From Candidatus Krumholzibacteriia bacterium (lineage in GTDB: Bacteria; Krumholzibacteriota; Krumholzibacteriia; JAJRXK01), in the NCBI GenBank assembly GCA_041484665.1, contig JBGPIA010000001.1:32001-96000 (forward strand): DNA of 64,000 bases. Reading direction: 5' to 3'. Below, one piece after another: positions 1 to 9,394 of the stretch (the stretch's first letter is position 1; the number at the start of each line of letters is the position of its first letter). The notes below the pieces were generated by a model that ran no database searches, was not told the origin of the DNA, and saw only the letters and a list, made by a program, of their open reading frames with translations. Both the position numbers and the translations under genes were made by a program.

Positions 1-500
1 AGCGAGCTCTGCAGCACCCGGCCCGCGGTGGCGCTGGCCACCTGCAGCAGCGACGGCAGGAGGTCCTCGTGCACCGGGTAGCGGAAGCGGATCTCGGGCA
101 GGTTGCGGAAGAGGCGCACGCGGTCCTGCACCGACAGCTGTCCGTGGGGGCCTTCGCGGCGCACGCGCGCGTAGTAGGCCAGCGCCGCCTCGTTGGCCAG
201 CAGCCGCGCCAGCTCCACCGGACGGACTGGCTCGAGCACCTCATCGGCGTCGAGCACGAGGATCCAGTCGCCGTAGGCCGCCGAGAGCCCGGCGTTGCGT
301 GCGGCGGAGAAGTCGTCACGCCAGGCGAAGTCGATCACGCGGGCTCCGTAGCCCTCCACGATCAGGCGCGTGTTGTCGGCGGAGCCCGTGTCGACCACGA
401 CCACCTCGTCGGCGACCGCCAGGGCCGACTTGATGGCGCGTCCGATGGTGGCCTCGTCGTTGCGGGCAAGCAAGCACAGGCTGAGGGAGCGCTTCTGCAC
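1..500 (-). CDS. Glycosyltransferase family 2 protein (5' part; runs off left edge)
   Basis: Not in the ORF track. Manual translation from GTG at 500 (GGAG upstream): VQKRSLSLCLLARNDEATIGRAIKSALAVADEVVVVDTGSADNT...FAWRDDFSAARNAGL...DWILVLDADE, a GT-A fold with DxD motif. Confidence 0.9.
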   Translation of the reverse strand, partial: MQKRSLSLCLLARNDEATIGRAIKSALAVADEVVVVDTGSADNTRLIVEGYGARVIDFAWRDDFSAARNAGLSAAYGDWILVLDADEVLEPVRPVELARLLANEAALAYYARVRREGPHGQLSVQDRVRLFRNLPEIRFRYPVHEDLLPSLLQVASATAGRVLQSS

Positions 501-675
501 GGGATCTCCGCGTGGTGCTAGGCAACGTTTTCCTGGCCGGGCAGTTCCCGATGGATCTGCCGCTCTCGCTCTAGGCTGAATGAAACTTTGAGGCCAACCG
601 CGCTCTGCAGGCGCGGCGGAGGTGGCGCAAGGGCCGTTGTGACGCAGAACCGGTGGGTTGGAGGCGCGCAGAGCG

Positions 676-933
676 TCAGAAGCGGGCGTGCGCCTTACGC
701 ACCCGTGCGGTGAGATCGCGCCCGTGGGATTGCAGATCGAGAAGCACGTGCCCTACGCCCGCGCACCACGCGGGCAGATCGTGCACGATCGCCGCGTCGT
801 CGCAGCGCAGCGTCACCACCGCCCCCACCGGCAGATCGCGCAGGCATGCCGCCAGGTCGATGATGGGGCGCGGGCAGAGCAGGCCGCGCAGGTCGAGCTG
901 CACGTCAGCCTGCGGGCCTGTTTCCCCGCTCAT
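676..933 (-). CDS. TusA/SirA-family sulfur carrier
   Basis: 85 aa with LDLRGLLCPRP (CPxP) and DD...DLPAWC motifs; start overlaps the stop of the upstream gene. Confidence 0.85.
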   Translation of the reverse strand: MSGETGPQADVQLDLRGLLCPRPIIDLAACLRDLPVGAVVTLRCDDAAIVHDLPAWCAGVGHVLLDLQSHGRDLTARVRKAHARF

Positions 934-1979
934 CGTACCAGCCAGCTCTCACAGCGCTCGGGCGGCAGCGGCTCGACCTCCAGGATCCGCTCCTGCCCCA
1001 GGTGCTGGCAGCGCACGCGCACCATCGGGTGGCGCTTGCCGTCGCCGTAGCGCGCGGTGATAGCAGCCGCCAGCGCCAGCGCTTCTTCCGTCGGAGGACC
1101 GTCGAGCAACGCCGATGGTCCGTTGACCTCCAGGGCCTCCAGCACAGGCCGGACCCCGGCGAAGCGGCGCAGGAACGCGTTCTCCTCCTCGAATCGACCC
1201 ACAATCACCTTGCGCGCAGGATCGATCCGGAAGTGCCGGCCGACCTTGCACAGCAGCGCGTCCTCACGCCCCAGATCGTCGCGGCGGCCGTGCTCGAAAA
1301 GGTCGAACAGCCGGCGCGCGTAGCTCGGATCGGTGAGCGTGCAGCAACCGCCCGCCGGCTGGGGCCAGTCCGCGATGCCCAGGCGCCGCGCCAGGTCCAT
1401 CTGGGGCTTGCGGTCGCGCCCATGGAAGTCCAGAAGGCGCGTGCGGTCGAGGATCCCCTCGCGCTCGGGCCGCGTGGGCGCGAGCAGCCGTGCGCAGAGC
1501 GGACGGACCAGGCGGTCCCGCAGTCCGCTCTCCTGTGCGATGAGCGCCAGGGCGTGGCGGTGCTGGCTCTTGGGGCGCTGCCCCAGCACTTCCCCGGTGA
1601 AGACGAAGGCGGCGCCGCAACGCGCCATGAACTCCCGCGCGCGCGTCATCATGAGGATGCGGCAGTCGATACACGGATTTGCGTTCTGACCGTACCCGTA
1701 GCGGGGGTACTTGAGCACCGGCAGGTACTCGTCGGCGATATCGATGATTTCCACGGGGACCGCCAGCTGCGCCGCCACGTGCAGCGCCTGGTTGCGCAGG
1801 CGGGCGGGATCCTGCCCCTTGCGCTGCACCTGGCGGGCATGATCGGTGTGGCAGAAACCGGTGCTGAAGTTGATGGCGATGACCTCGATCCCCTGGTCGA
1901 CGACCAGGCGCAGCGCCAGCGTGCTGTCCAGCCCGCCGGAGAGCATGGCGACGGCGCGCGCGCGCTGCGGCGCGATCAC
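930..1979 (-). CDS. PP-loop tRNA thiolation-type enzyme (ThiI/MnmA-like, short form)
   Basis: C-terminal part of ORF 930..3176. Likely GTG start at 1979 overlaps the upstream TGA. Motifs SGGLDS, NPCIDC, TGEVLGQRPKSQ, PAGGCC. Confidence 0.8.
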   Translation of the reverse strand: MIAPQRARAVAMLSGGLDSTLALRLVVDQGIEVIAINFSTGFCHTDHARQVQRKGQDPARLRNQALHVAAQLAVPVEIIDIADEYLPVLKYPRYGYGQNANPCIDCRILMMTRAREFMARCGAAFVFTGEVLGQRPKSQHRHALALIAQESGLRDRLVRPLCARLLAPTRPEREGILDRTRLLDFHGRDRKPQMDLARRLGIADWPQPAGGCCTLTDPSYARRLFDLFEHGRRDDLGREDALLCKVGRHFRIDPARKVIVGRFEEENAFLRRFAGVRPVLEALEVNGPSALLDGPPTEEALALAAAITARYGDGKRHPMVRVRCQHLGQERILEVEPLPPERCESWLVR

Positions 1980-3472
1980 GGCGCTCCTTTGCGCAAAGGC
2001 GCGGACGCCGGCGTGCGCTCCCCTGCCGGCTTGATGCGGTACAGCCAGGTCGACTGCTCGGGCGCGTCGGCTAGCTTGAAGGTCTGCACGAGCTCCAGGT
2101 CGTCTTGCAGCTGCTCCGGGATCCCATCCACCAGCGGCAACAGCTCGGGCGACACCGTGGCCGCGACCCAGGCGTTCACCTCGAGGTACTGGGCGCCCGC
2201 GCGGCGGGCCCAGCTGACGATGCTGCTGGCGCCCACATGGTCGGGGGTGCGCGCGTAGCGGCACCAGGCCCAAAAGCTCACGTACGGTTTGCGCGCGGCC
2301 ACGATCGTCTCCCGCGGCACCCGCGTCCGCAGCCACAGCCCCGCGGAGCGGATCCCCGGGTAGTACTCGTATTCGCGCCCGATCTGGCGCATGGCGCTGG
2401 CGTTGACCGCGACCAGGCCTGCCAGCATCACCACCGCCAGCGCGATCCAGGCCGCCTGCCGCAGCCGCGGGCGCGACAGCCATCGCCCGAGCTGCTCGAA
2501 GCACGACGCGGCCGCGACCAGCACGATCGGCAGGTAGGGCGCCCAGTAGCGTCCGTCCATGCGGAACGAGAACACCGGCAGGACGATCAGGGGCAGCGCC
2601 GGCAGCAACCAGCGCCCACCCCCGATGATGGCGCCCAGCAGCGCCGCCGCCGCGATGGGCGCTCCGATGGTCCCCGCCAGCCCGGCGCAGAGGTCTCGCA
2701 CGTTGTGCAGGTAGTGCAGCGCGAGGATGCCTCCAGGGTGCTCCTGCAGCGTTTGCTCCAGGAAGATGCTCTTGCTGCTCAGCAGCCAGTGCCCGGTCAC
2801 GCGCCAGAGGTAGACGGTGTACGGGAGCACGCAGACTGCGGCGCCCAGCAGCATCAGCGCACCCTGGCGCCGGCGGCGCAGCAGGTCCCAGGCAGCCACC
2901 ACGGCGATGAGAACGAGCCCTTCCGGGCGGATCAGGTACGCCATTCCCCACAGCACACCGGCCGGCAGCGGGCGCGCTGCCTCGTAGACGAGCCAGCCAC
3001 CCAGCAGCAGACAGGCGTAGCTGAGCTCGGAGAGATCGCAGGACGAGAGCACGAGCTGCTGGGGCAACGCGAGGGTGACCGCCGCCACGGCCATGGCCGT
3101 CCACTCCGGAAGCCGGCGCCGCGCCAGGAGGTAGGCGAGCAGCCCCACCATGGTCCCCGCCACCACGTTGACGCACTGGGCGGCTCGCAATGGAGCGATC
3201 GGTGCACGCGTGCCCAGCGAGAGCAGGGTCAGAGCGATGAGCGCGGGGAACCCGGGGGGAAAGGTGCTGTACGGAACGTGCCCGAATTCCGCTAGGTCGC
3301 GCCCGATGCTCATGTAGTAGGTGCCGTCGTAGGTCGGGTACTCGCGTCCGTTCGCCAGGACGATGCGCGCCGCGAGCCCCCCCAAGAGCAGCACAGCGAG
3401 CACGAGCTTGGGATACTGCAGCAGCGGAAGCGAGCCGGTCACGGGGCCGAGAAGCGATGCCGCGCGGCGCAT
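1976..3472 (-). CDS. Polytopic membrane glycosyltransferase, GT39/ArnT/PMT-like
   Basis: Many TM segments, N-terminal YDGTYY and FPPGFPALIA, LSE and YLIRPEG motifs. Start uncertain (3472 ATG or 3508 TTG). Confidence 0.7.
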   Translation of the reverse strand: MRRAASLLGPVTGSLPLLQYPKLVLAVLLLGGLAARIVLANGREYPTYDGTYYMSIGRDLAEFGHVPYSTFPPGFPALIALTLLSLGTRAPIAPLRAAQCVNVVAGTMVGLLAYLLARRRLPEWTAMAVAAVTLALPQQLVLSSCDLSELSYACLLLGGWLVYEAARPLPAGVLWGMAYLIRPEGLVLIAVVAAWDLLRRRRQGALMLLGAAVCVLPYTVYLWRVTGHWLLSSKSIFLEQTLQEHPGGILALHYLHNVRDLCAGLAGTIGAPIAAAALLGAIIGGGRWLLPALPLIVLPVFSFRMDGRYWAPYLPIVLVAAASCFEQLGRWLSRPRLRQAAWIALAVVMLAGLVAVNASAMRQIGREYEYYPGIRSAGLWLRTRVPRETIVAARKPYVSFWAWCRYARTPDHVGASSIVSWARRAGAQYLEVNAWVAATVSPELLPLVDGIPEQLQDDLELVQTFKLADAPEQSTWLYRIKPAGERTPASAPLRKGAP

Positions 3473-3722
3473 GGCACGGATGGTATCAGCCAGCGGGAGG
3501 CCCGGCAACCAGGGGCTCGCCCGGCGCAGCGCGGCCCGGGGGCCCCGCGTGGCCGGTTCGTGCGCCGTCCACGAGCCGATCGTGTCCAGCGGGGCTCGGC
3601 GGGAGGCCCCAGGAGACGGCCCACCGGGGGCTCGACGCGACGTCGCCCGAGCGGCCGGTCGACGCGGCGCAGTCCGCCACCGGCTCGACGGGGCGGGCCC
3701 GGGGCGCTAGCTTGATCGGCCG

Positions 3723-4295
3723 ATGCAAGCATCCGACGACTCTACTGCCGGACGCCGGCTGAATCCAGCCGAGATCGCCGCGCTGCGCCCGGTGGCCGCG
3801 GACCTGGCCGTCCTGCGCCGCGCCGTCCTGGTGGGTGTGCTGGAGAACATCCGCAGCCTCGGAAACGTTGGCAGCATGTTCCGCTCGGCCGATGCCACGC
3901 GTATCGAGCGGCTGCTGCTCTGCGGGTTCACCGGCCACCCCCCCCGACGTGAGATCGAGAAGACCGCGTTGGGAGCACAGGACAGCGTGCCGTGGGAGTA
4001 TTGGACTCGCGCCGCACAGGCCTGCCAGCACTTGCGGGCTACCGGGTACCTGGTCCTGGCGCTGGAGCACACCACGCGCAGCATCCCGTTGGAGCAGGTG
4101 GAGCTCCCCGGCCCAACGGCGTTCGTCGTGGGCAACGAGTTGGCCGGCGTCAGCGACGAGGTGCTAGCGGTCTGCGACGCCGCGGTCGAGATTCCCATGG
4201 CCGGGGTGAAGGAGTCGCTGAATGTGGCCGTCGCGTTCGGAGTCGCGGCCTACGCGCTGCGGGCCAAGCTCGCGCGCGAGCTGCGCGGCGAGTAG
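3723..4295 (+). CDS. TrmH/SpoU-family RNA 2'-O-methyltransferase
   Basis: LENIRSLGNVGSMFRSAD, VVGNE, IPMAGVKESLNVAVA SPOUT motifs. Confidence 0.92.
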   Translation: MQASDDSTAGRRLNPAEIAALRPVAADLAVLRRAVLVGVLENIRSLGNVGSMFRSADATRIERLLLCGFTGHPPRREIEKTALGAQDSVPWEYWTRAAQACQHLRATGYLVLALEHTTRSIPLEQVELPGPTAFVVGNELAGVSDEVLAVCDAAVEIPMAGVKESLNVAVAFGVAAYALRAKLARELRGE

Positions 4296-4319
4296 CGCGG
4301 GGCGTGGCGCCGCCTCCCG

Positions 4320-5396
4320 CTACAGGTTGACGCGCCGCCGCCGCGAGAGCTCCTGTCCGTAGGGGATGCCCAACGCGCGCAGCTGCGCGAACACCTCGTC
4401 CAGCAGACGGATCTTCTCGGAGAGCGGCAGGAACGCGCTCTTGAACCCTGCCACGACCAGGTCGACCACCTGCTCGAGGCTGAGATCGAAGACCGTGGCC
4501 GCCAGCCACAGCTCGCGGGTGCTGGTGGTGTCGCTGATCAGCCGGTTGTCGGTGTTGATCGTGACCCGCAGCCCCTCCTTCATGTAGAGCGGCAACGGGT
4601 GCTCCTGCAGGCTGCGCACTGCCTTGGTCTGCACGTTGCTCGTCAGGCACAGCTCCAAGGGGATGCGGTGGTCGTTGACGTACTGGAGCAGGTCGGGATC
4701 CTCAAGCAGGCGCGTACCGTGGCCGATGCGGTGCGCGCCGCAATAGTGCAACGCCTGGCTGATGCTCGCGGGCCCGAACGCCTCCCCCGCATGGATCGTG
4801 ATGTTGACGTTGTTGTTGAGGACGAGGTTGAACGCCTCGCGGTGGTGCTTGGCGGGGAAGTCCTTCTCGGCGCCGGCCAGATCGAATCCCACGACCCCCT
4901 GGTCCTTGCACTCCACCGCCAGGCGCGCCAGCTCGATCGAGCTCTCGGGGCTGATGTGGCGGATGCCGCATAGGATCTGTCCCGTACGGACGCCGTAGCG
5001 GTCCTGGGCCCGCGCCAACCCGCGGGCCACGGCCGCCACGATCCGCTCCATGGAGAGGCCGTTGCGCCGGTGGAGCAGTGGCGAGTAGCGGATCTCGGCG
5101 TACAGGACGTTCTCGCGATGGGCGTCCTCGGCCAGCTCGAACGCCGCGCGCGCCAGGGCCTCCTCGTCCTGCAGCAGCGGCAGTGTGATGTCGAAGACGC
5201 GCAGGTACTCGACCAGGCTCTCGCACTCCATGCCCACCTGCAGCATGCCGCGCAGCTCCTCCGCGTCGTCGGTGGGGAGCTCGATGTCGCGCTCGCGGGC
5301 GAGATCGATGACGGAGCCCAGGCGCAGGCTTCCGTCCAGGTGCAGGTGCAGGTCGGTCTTGGGAAGCCTGCGGACCAGTTCTTGGGTGAGCTGCAC
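4320..5396 (-). CDS. add: Adenosine deaminase
   Basis: LPKTDLHLHLDGS, GFDLAG, TIHAGE, RIGHG, ELCLTSN, INTDN. Likely GTG start at 5396. Confidence 0.92.
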   Translation of the reverse strand: MQLTQELVRRLPKTDLHLHLDGSLRLGSVIDLARERDIELPTDDAEELRGMLQVGMECESLVEYLRVFDITLPLLQDEEALARAAFELAEDAHRENVLYAEIRYSPLLHRRNGLSMERIVAAVARGLARAQDRYGVRTGQILCGIRHISPESSIELARLAVECKDQGVVGFDLAGAEKDFPAKHHREAFNLVLNNNVNITIHAGEAFGPASISQALHYCGAHRIGHGTRLLEDPDLLQYVNDHRIPLELCLTSNVQTKAVRSLQEHPLPLYMKEGLRVTINTDNRLISDTTSTRELWLAATVFDLSLEQVVDLVVAGFKSAFLPLSEKIRLLDEVFAQLRALGIPYGQELSRRRRVNL

Positions 5397-5490
5397 GGCC
5401 AGTCCTGGGGCGACGCCTGCCCGGCCCGCGGGGGTCGCGGGCCGGCGTGGCGCGGACCATACCACCGCGCTGGTCGCACAGCCAAGGGCC

Positions 5491-5530
5491 GGCGCGGCGT
5501 GACGCGGCGCGACGCGGCGCGACGCGACGC
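5491..5530. repeat. Pentamer microsatellite (GRCGY)x8, intergenic
   Basis: ggcgc ggcgt gacgc ggcgc gacgc ggcgc gacgc gacgc, read directly. Confidence 0.6.
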
Positions 5531-5576
5531 GAGATCGACCACAGCGCCGGCGCGTCCGCGTGGCCAGCGCGCAGCG

Positions 5577-6923
5577 CTACGACAGGCTACGCAGGGCGTG
5601 GTCGAGGATGGCGAGCGCCTCGTCCACCTCGTCGGCAGTGACGTCCAGGGGCGGACGGAAGCGAATCGACTCGGACCCGCAGGCGAGCGCCAGCAGGCCC
5701 AACTCGCGGCCGCGGTCTAGGAACGCTTTACGGCCGTCTGGCGAGGGAGCCGTGAACGCTGCCAGCAGACCACGGCCGCGGACGTTGCGCAGCCAGCGGG
5801 AGTGGACGGTCGCCAGGCGCTGCAGCCCGGTCAAGAGACGCTCCCCCTGCTGCGCGGCATTCTCCACCAGGCCCTCGTGCTGGATCACCTGCAGGTAGCG
5901 CGTGGCGCGCACCATGTCCACCAGGTTGCCGCCCCAGGTGGAGTTGATGCGGCCGGAGACCTTGAACACCGAGTTCACCTCGTTGATACGCTCGCCGGCC
6001 AGGATCCCGCAAACCTGCATCTTCTTGCCGAAGCACAGGACGTCCGGCTCGAGGTCGAAGTGCTGGTAGCCCCACCAGCGGCCGGTCACGCCCACGCCGG
6101 TCTGCACCTCGTCGACGATGAAGAGCAGCTCGTGCTCGCGCGTGAGGCGGCGCAGCTCCCGCAGGAACTCCCCGCGGAAGTGGTTGTCGCCGCCTTCGGC
6201 CTGGATCGGCTCGACGATCAGCGCCGCGATGCGGTCGCCGTCACGCTCGAGATGGGCGCGGATCTCGCGCAGTGACTGCTCCTCGGCGGCCTGCACCTGC
6301 GCCAGGTTCTGCTCCAGCGGAAAGACGACCTTGGGATTGCCGACCCGCGGCCATGGGAACTTGGGGAACCAGCGCACCTTGGTCGGATCGGTGTTGGTCA
6401 TGCTGATCGTGTAGCCCGACCGCCCGTGGAAGGCCTCGCGGAAGTGGATCACCGCGAGGTTCTCGTCGTCGGGCAGCCCGCGCGCCGCGCGCTTCTGGAA
6501 CTTCCAGTCGAACGCGGCCTTCAGAGCGTTCTCCACCGCGAGCGCCCCTCCTGAGACGAGAAACAAGTGAGGCAGCGCGGGCGGCATGGCCGTCCGTGCG
6601 AGCATGTCCACGAAGGCGGCCATCTCCTCGGTGTAGACATCGCTGTTGGACGGGTTGTGGATGGCGATGCGCGCCATGTGCTCGCGGAACGCCGGATCGG
6701 CCAGCGCCGGATGGTTGTGGCCGACCGGCTGCGTGGCGAAGTACCCGAAGAAGTCCAGGTACGAGCGGCCCGTGGCCCGGTCCACCAGGCGGCGTCCCTG
6801 GCTCTTGTCCAGATCCGCCACGAGGTGGAACCCGTCGGCGAGCATGTGCCGCGCGATGACCGCGCGCACGTCCTGCGCTCTCAGATGCGCAATCGCAAGG
6901 TGCTCGATGGCGTGGCGCATCAT
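5577..6923 (-). CDS. lat: L-lysine 6-transaminase (class III PLP aminotransferase)
   Basis: MLADGF, PSNSDVY, GALAVENALKAAFDWK, FHGRSGYT, EPIQAEGGDNH, DEVQTG, FGKKMQ, RINSTWGGNL. Confidence 0.9.
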   Translation of the reverse strand: MMRHAIEHLAIAHLRAQDVRAVIARHMLADGFHLVADLDKSQGRRLVDRATGRSYLDFFGYFATQPVGHNHPALADPAFREHMARIAIHNPSNSDVYTEEMAAFVDMLARTAMPPALPHLFLVSGGALAVENALKAAFDWKFQKRAARGLPDDENLAVIHFREAFHGRSGYTISMTNTDPTKVRWFPKFPWPRVGNPKVVFPLEQNLAQVQAAEEQSLREIRAHLERDGDRIAALIVEPIQAEGGDNHFRGEFLRELRRLTREHELLFIVDEVQTGVGVTGRWWGYQHFDLEPDVLCFGKKMQVCGILAGERINEVNSVFKVSGRINSTWGGNLVDMVRATRYLQVIQHEGLVENAAQQGERLLTGLQRLATVHSRWLRNVRGRGLLAAFTAPSPDGRKAFLDRGRELGLLALACGSESIRFRPPLDVTADEVDEALAILDHALRSLS

Positions 6924-7035
6924 CTGACCCCCCTCTGTCCGGCCGGCCGGTCGGCATCCCGCCGTCGGCGGCGCGTCCTTCCAATCAAGTCCCTGCGGCG
7001 GCGCAGTGCCAGGCGCCCGCGTCTGGCCGTGCCTT

Positions 7036-7060
7036 GCCGCGCCGCGCCGCGCCGCGCCGC
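7036..7060. repeat. Perfect (GCCGC)x5 microsatellite, intergenic
   Basis: Read directly between ahcY and lat. Confidence 0.6.
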
Positions 7061-7097
7061 GCTTGCACGGGGCGTGCCGCAGGACCCTCGATTCCGC

Positions 7098-8345
7098 TCA
7101 GGTGCCCGCCGAGTAATCGCCGTGGTAGGCCACCTGCTCTGGGGTCAGTGCGTCAATGCGCACCCCCAAGGTGGCCAACTTGAGGCGCGCCAGCTCCTGG
7201 TCCTGCTCGGCGGAGATGTCGTAGACGGCGGGCTTGAGGCCCTTGCCCTCGCGCGCCAGGCGGATCAAGCTGAGGAACTGGTTGGCGAACGACATGTCCA
7301 TGACCTCACTGGGATGCCCCTCCGCCGCTGCCAGATTGACGAGCCGCCCCTTGGCCAGCACAAAGATGTGCTTGACGCCGACGGTGTAGCGCTCGTTGTT
7401 CGCCCGGATTTCCACCACGGCGCTGGCCAAGGCCCCCAGATGCTTGAGGTTGAGCTCGCAATCGTAGTGGCCGGTGTTGCACACCACCGCGCCGTCCTTC
7501 ATGGTCTTGAAGTGGCGGTCGACGATCACGTCTTTCATCCCGGTGGCGGTGATGAACACGTCGCCGACCTTGGCCGCGTCGTCCATGGGCATCACGGTGA
7601 ATCCATCCAGCATCGCCTTGAGCGCCTGGGTCGGGCTGATCTCGGTGACGATCACATGGGCGCCCATGCCGCGCGCCCGCATCGCGCAGCCGCGCCCGCA
7701 GTGCCCGTAGCCAGCGACCACGAAGTTCTTGCCGGCCAACAGGACGCTGGTCGCGCGCAGGATCCCGTCGATGCTGCTCTGTCCCGTACCGTACACGTTG
7801 TCGAAGTCCCACTTGGTCTCGGCGTCGTTCACGGCGATCACCGGGTAGAGGAGCTTGCCGTCGCGGGCCATGGCGCGCAGGCGGTGCACGCCGGTGGTGG
7901 TCTCCTCGGTGCCGCCGATCACCGTGCGCGCGAGGTCCTGGTGCTTGGCGTGCGTTGTGAAGATCAGGTCCGCGCCATCGTCGAGGGTCAGCGTTGGCTT
8001 GAATTGGAGAGTCTGCTCGATCGCCCAGTAGAACTCCTCGGTCGACATGCCATGCCAGGCGTAGATCGAGGTGTCCTCGGCAGCGAGCGCGGCTGCGACA
8101 TCGTCCTGCGTCGAGAGCGGGTTGCACCCGCTCCAGCTCACCTCCGCCCCCGCGGCGCGGATCGTGCGCACGAGCACCGCGGTCTCCTTGGTGACGTGGA
8201 GGCAACCGGCCACGCGCATGCCGCGCAGCGACTGCTCCTTTTTGTGCTTCTCGCGCAGCGCCCGCAGCACCGGCATGCGCGACTCAGCCCACTCGATACG
8301 CAGGCGCCCCTTGTCGGCCAGCGCGGCGTCGGCGACCTTGAACAT
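7098..8345 (-). CDS. ahcY: S-adenosylhomocysteine hydrolase (415 aa, short form)
   Basis: GCLHVTKET, CNPLSTQD, DDGADL, EETTTG, KWDFDNVYGTGQS, GYGHCGRG, GRLVNL, GHPSEVMDMSFANQ. Confidence 0.97.
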   Translation of the reverse strand: MFKVADAALADKGRLRIEWAESRMPVLRALREKHKKEQSLRGMRVAGCLHVTKETAVLVRTIRAAGAEVSWSGCNPLSTQDDVAAALAAEDTSIYAWHGMSTEEFYWAIEQTLQFKPTLTLDDGADLIFTTHAKHQDLARTVIGGTEETTTGVHRLRAMARDGKLLYPVIAVNDAETKWDFDNVYGTGQSSIDGILRATSVLLAGKNFVVAGYGHCGRGCAMRARGMGAHVIVTEISPTQALKAMLDGFTVMPMDDAAKVGDVFITATGMKDVIVDRHFKTMKDGAVVCNTGHYDCELNLKHLGALASAVVEIRANNERYTVGVKHIFVLAKGRLVNLAAAEGHPSEVMDMSFANQFLSLIRLAREGKGLKPAVYDISAEQDQELARLKLATLGVRIDALTPEQVAYHGDYSAGT

Positions 8346-8373
8346 GTCTCCTCCTCGGGTGGTCCGGCCACCC

Positions 8374-9357
8374 TCACGGTGATGGGCGGCGGTCCGCCCG
8401 GGTCATTGCATGTGCCACGAAGCTGCTGGGCATGCGCCGCGCTGCGGGCCGCCCGGGTTCCGGCTGCACGACCCGGTAGCCGCGCAGGGTGAGGCCCGCC
8501 TGCTCCATCCAGCGCGCCAGGCTCGCCCGCGCGAAGCCCAGCCACAGGTGCCCGCGCTCCTCACGCAGCCACTCCTCCTGATGCTCGCAGAGGTCGATCA
8601 CCACGCATGTGCCGCCTGGGCGCAGCACTCGCCCGATTTCGGTGAGCGCGCGCGAAGGGTGCGGCACGTGGCGCAGCACCTGGCTCGCGAAGACCGCATC
8701 GACGGCTGAGTCGGGCAGTGGCAGGGACTGCGCGTCGCCGCGCACGAAGATGACGTCCGCCGTGTCCCCGGTCGCAGTCGCCCGCACGGCCTACGCCAGC
8801 ATTGCCGGCGTAGACTCCAGGGCGATCACGCGCCGCGCCAGGTCGCGCAGGATGGGCAGCAGGTGTCCCGCTCCGGTGCCGACGTCCAGTGCGATCTCCA
8901 CGCGCGGCACCAGTCCCGCCACAGCGTGGACCACAGGCGCGAGCCCTCCATACTCCTGGCGGATCCGCTCCCACTGCTCCCCCACCGTCGAGAAGAAGCG
9001 TGCCGAGCGGTCACCCCGAGTGGCCACCACGGCCGCGACGGCCGCATCATCAGCGGCCGCCTCCTCGATCGATTCGAGGGCCTCGCGCAGCACCCGCCCC
9101 AGCGCCGGGGGGCCCTCGGCGCGCTGGTAGAAGGTCCAGGTGCCCTCGCGGCGCACGCAGACCAGCCCAGCCTCCTTGAGCAACGCTAGGTGCTTGCTAG
9201 CCGAGGACTGGGTCAGCCGCAGCGACTCCGCCAGCTCGCCGACGCTCAGCTCCCGCCCCTGCAGCGCACGGAGCACGCGCAAGCGGGTCCGGCTACCCAG
9301 GACCTGGAAGATCTGCTCAGGAGAGGCTGTCCCCGCGCTGGTGAACGCGGAACTCAT
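8374..9357 (-). pseudogene. ArsR-HTH/SAM-methyltransferase fusion regulator (SahR-like) interrupted by one in-frame TAG at 8791-8793
   Basis: ORFs 8791..9357 (ArsR HTH + LDVGTGAG motif I) and 8374..8787 (rest of the methyltransferase fold, ...LRPGG...DL..H.EEWLREE.GH.WLGF) are in the same frame and separated only by TAG-GCC. Lies directly upstream of ahcY. Confidence 0.8.
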
Positions 9358-9394
9358 GATCTAGAGCCAGTTTTTGAAGTCCATGGATTGATTC

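Noticed and set aside
581..597. Sigma54-like TGGC-N7-TTTCA upstream of the GT2 gene (minus strand)
   Set aside because: The -12 GC and the AC after TGGC both deviate; too weak without an activator gene or TSS data.
3938..3945. C8 run in the TrmH gene as a phase-variation switch
   Set aside because: The frame is intact (His-Pro-Pro-Arg) and there is no evidence of variation.
8791..8793. Genome-wide TAG or TGA reassignment as the explanation for the in-frame stops
   Set aside because: TAG ends well-conserved genes at the expected place (acs 16578, exbB 49196, tonB 51360), TGA does too (ahcY, aceB), and the esterase fragment contains both kinds of stop.
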